64,000 nucleotides of DNA. Source: an uncultured delta proteobacterium (lineage in GTDB: Bacteria; Desulfobacterota; RBG-13-43-22). Position 1 is the stretch's first letter. Each line of letters opens with the position of its first letter. Below are positions 61,918 through 64,000 of the stretch, piece after piece. The notes beneath the pieces are model-generated. The model worked only from the letters and a program-made list of their open reading frames with translations. It had not been told where the DNA came from and made no database searches. The stretch spans positions 128,001-192,000 of the forward strand of contig CAWBOS010000011.1 in NCBI GenBank assembly GCA_963790475.1, given 5' to 3'. The position numbers were made by a program, and so were the translations under genes.

Positions 61918-61994
61918 TGGTGGGCGATGCGGGACTTGAACCCACGGCCTTTGGTTCCGGAGACCAACGCTCTATCCACCTGAGCTAATCGCCC
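61918..61994 (-). tRNA. tRNA-Arg(CCG)
   Basis: gggcgattagctcaggtggatagagcgttggtctCCGgaaccaaaggccgtgggttcaagtcccgcatcgcccaCCA; full cloverleaf. Confidence 0.97.
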
Positions 61995-62307
61995 CTGCTT
62001 AACAATGTGTAAGAATCGTACCAGTTTAGCTTTTTGAAATTACTATTCTCACCGCGGAGACGCCGAGGGCGCAAAGAAAAAAATTTAGCGATTGCCGGTG
62101 AGGGGCCGGCAATCGCTAACCTTCGCTACCCTCCGGGTAATTATTGGGCCAAGGCCAAGGCTGGTTTGTTTAATCCCGCCTCTCAGGGGATTGAACAAGA
62201 ATGATTCTCTCCGCGTTCTTTGCGACTTTGCGGTGAAACAAAAGCTCTCTTTTTAATACCTAAATTGAGTCTATCAATCTAATATCAGAATAACGGATAA
62301 AATACAA

Positions 62308-63531
62308 ATGGAAAAAGAAGACCTCTCCCAACTCAAGATTGCCAGAACAGGGCCGGCTGCCGCCCCTTTGGGCCGACGGCGCAACAAAGGCCGAATATTC
62401 CTGATTTTTGTGATTTTATTCTTAGTGGTGATCGGCATCCTTTATTGGCAGGGTGTTTTGGAGCCCACCCGGGAAGTTGAAATAACCACGGTTTCCCTGA
62501 TCTATCCCTCTCAGGCCAACACGGTCCTAAACGCCAGCGGATACGTGGTGGCTCAGCGCAAAGCCGCCGTAGCCTCTAAGGGAACCGGGCGACTGGAAAC
62601 TCTGGCTGTGGAAGAGGGGACCCGGGTAAAAAAGGGGCAGATTATCGGCCGATTAGAAAACGCCGATCTTCAGGCGACCTTGAGCCAGGCTAAAGCCCAA
62701 GTGAACACCACCAAAGCCAACTTGGCCCAAGTCGAAGCGGAGATCAAAGATGCCCGGTTAAAGGTTGAAAGATTCGAACGGTTAATTCAATCCAAGGCCA
62801 TTGCCCAATCGGATTACGATACCGCCGATGCCAGGTTACAACAGCTTTTGGCCAATAAATCAGCCGCTCTGTCACAAATCAAAGCCGCTGAAGCCGGGGT
62901 CAGGGCCGGTCAGGTAGCCCTGGACTATACCTTAATCCGGGCTCCTTTTGATGGCGTTATTTTGACAAAAAATGCCGATGTCGGAGAAGTCGTGGCACCT
63001 TTTGGGTCTTCCATCAATGCCAAGGCGGCTGTGGTCACCATGGCCGACCTGGATTCCCTGATTGTGGAAGCCGATGTTTCGGAAACCAATCTGGAAAAGG
63101 TGAAAAAGGGGCAACCCTGTGAAATCCAACTGGACTCCCTGCCCGGAATGCGATTTGCCGGACAGGTTCATATGATCGTCCCCACAGCCGACCGTTCCAA
63201 GGCAACGGTCCTGACCAAGGTAAAGTTCCTGGAGAAAGACGAACGGGTTCTTCCTGAAATGAGCGCCAAGGTGGCCTTTCTCACCCGCCAGATCACTAAG
63301 GAAGAAAAACCGAAGGTTGCTATCCCCCCGTCAGCCCTCATCGATCAAAAAGGGAAGACCTGGGTTTACCGGGTGGAAAAAGATATAGTCCGCGAAATCC
63401 CGGTTCAAAAAGGACCTCCCCTGGCTGACTTTATTGAAATACTCCAGGGTCTCAAGCCCGGGGAGCGGATTGTTCTTAAGCCCAATCGGAATCTTCGGGA
63501 TGGGGCAAAAGTAAAAATTGCCGAGAAATAA
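62308..63531 (+). CDS. Efflux membrane-fusion (RND/MacA-type) adaptor
   Basis: TM helix, ASGYVVAQ, V.EG..VKKGQ, IRAPFDG, PEMSAKV. Confidence 0.9.
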   Translation: MEKEDLSQLKIARTGPAAAPLGRRRNKGRIFLIFVILFLVVIGILYWQGVLEPTREVEITTVSLIYPSQANTVLNASGYVVAQRKAAVASKGTGRLETLAVEEGTRVKKGQIIGRLENADLQATLSQAKAQVNTTKANLAQVEAEIKDARLKVERFERLIQSKAIAQSDYDTADARLQQLLANKSAALSQIKAAEAGVRAGQVALDYTLIRAPFDGVILTKNADVGEVVAPFGSSINAKAAVVTMADLDSLIVEADVSETNLEKVKKGQPCEIQLDSLPGMRFAGQVHMIVPTADRSKATVLTKVKFLEKDERVLPEMSAKVAFLTRQITKEEKPKVAIPPSALIDQKGKTWVYRVEKDIVREIPVQKGPPLADFIEILQGLKPGERIVLKPNRNLRDGAKVKIAEK

Positions 63532-64000
63532 TGAACCTCCCCTTCAGCTACAGCCTCAGAAATCTCTGGACCAGAAAGATGACAACCATCCTGACGGTAT
63601 CCGGGATGGCCCTGGTGGTCTATGTCTTTGCCGCCGTCCTGATGCTCTCCGAGGGCCTGCAAAAAACCTTACAAGATACGGGGTCTTTTCAAAATGCGAT
63701 CGTCGTTCGCCGCTCGGCCGATGCCGAGGTGATGAGTATCCTGGAACGCCGGGAGGCGGCCATTATTGAAACCCAGCCGGAAATCGCCCTCGATGATAAA
63801 GGAGAACCTTTACTCAGCCGGGAGGTAACAGTCCTGGTGGCCTTGCCTAAGACAGAAACCAATCAGGATGGGAATGTCACCATTCGCGGAGTCTCTGATA
63901 ACGCCCTGGTGCTGAGACCCCAAATCAAGTTAGTGTCCGGTCGATTGTTCAGACCGGGGACCTCGGAAATTATTGTCGGCAGCAATATCGCCAAACGATT
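63531..64000 (+). CDS. ABC transporter permease (MacB/FtsX-like), runs off the window
   Basis: MNLPFSYSLRNLWTRKMTTILTVSGMALVVYVF..; GRLFRPG..EIIVG. Confidence 0.8.
   Translation, partial: MNLPFSYSLRNLWTRKMTTILTVSGMALVVYVFAAVLMLSEGLQKTLQDTGSFQNAIVVRRSADAEVMSILERREAAIIETQPEIALDDKGEPLLSREVTVLVALPKTETNQDGNVTIRGVSDNALVLRPQIKLVSGRLFRPGTSEIIVGSNIAKR

Larger units (their letters stand above)
7105..61964. mobile_element. ~54.8 kb genomic island integrated at tRNA-Arg(CCG); no integrase detected
   Basis: Flanked by the 47-bp tRNA 3'-end direct repeat; contains IS, TA and EPS cargo; core genes resume outside. Confidence 0.88.

Noticed and set aside
61779-61988. 69-aa ORF
   Set aside because: Runs antisense through the tRNA and att region

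Overview
The window looks like Desulfobacterota (deltaproteobacterial) DNA; this host assignment is an inference from gene content. Core genes lie at both ends: a CoA-dehydratase activase fusion, RNase E/G and an amidohydrolase on the left, and an RND/ABC exporter on the right. Between them is a ~54.8 kb island integrated in tRNA-Arg(CCG), bounded by a 47-bp att duplication (7105-7151 and 61918-61964), with no integrase visible. The island carries a decaying exopolysaccharide/exosortase locus: wza, wzc-like, tyrosine kinase, ExeA-type ATPase, priming transferase, gmd/fcl, flippase, polymerase, glycosyltransferases, and a VPEID-CTERM protein with exosortase E/protease. It also holds IS3 x2, IS5 x2, IS1634, an IS1111-type IS110 and several MITEs. 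Three repeat-based systems stand out. (1) A 12-kb array (36.8-48.9 kb) of same-strand toxin-antitoxin and GxxExxY cassettes is separated by a structured GGCACGGAT repeat; duplicated blocks switch neighbours exactly at the repeat, as in an integron but without an integron integrase. (2) A RAYT transposase is accompanied by 12 co-oriented REP hairpins that punctuate duplicated sigma54-promoter/signal-peptide modules and cut paralogous gene fragments at one codon position. (3) An IS1111-type element sits precisely in a palindromic repeat, and its non-coding end has candidate guide matches to both the target and the donor junction.
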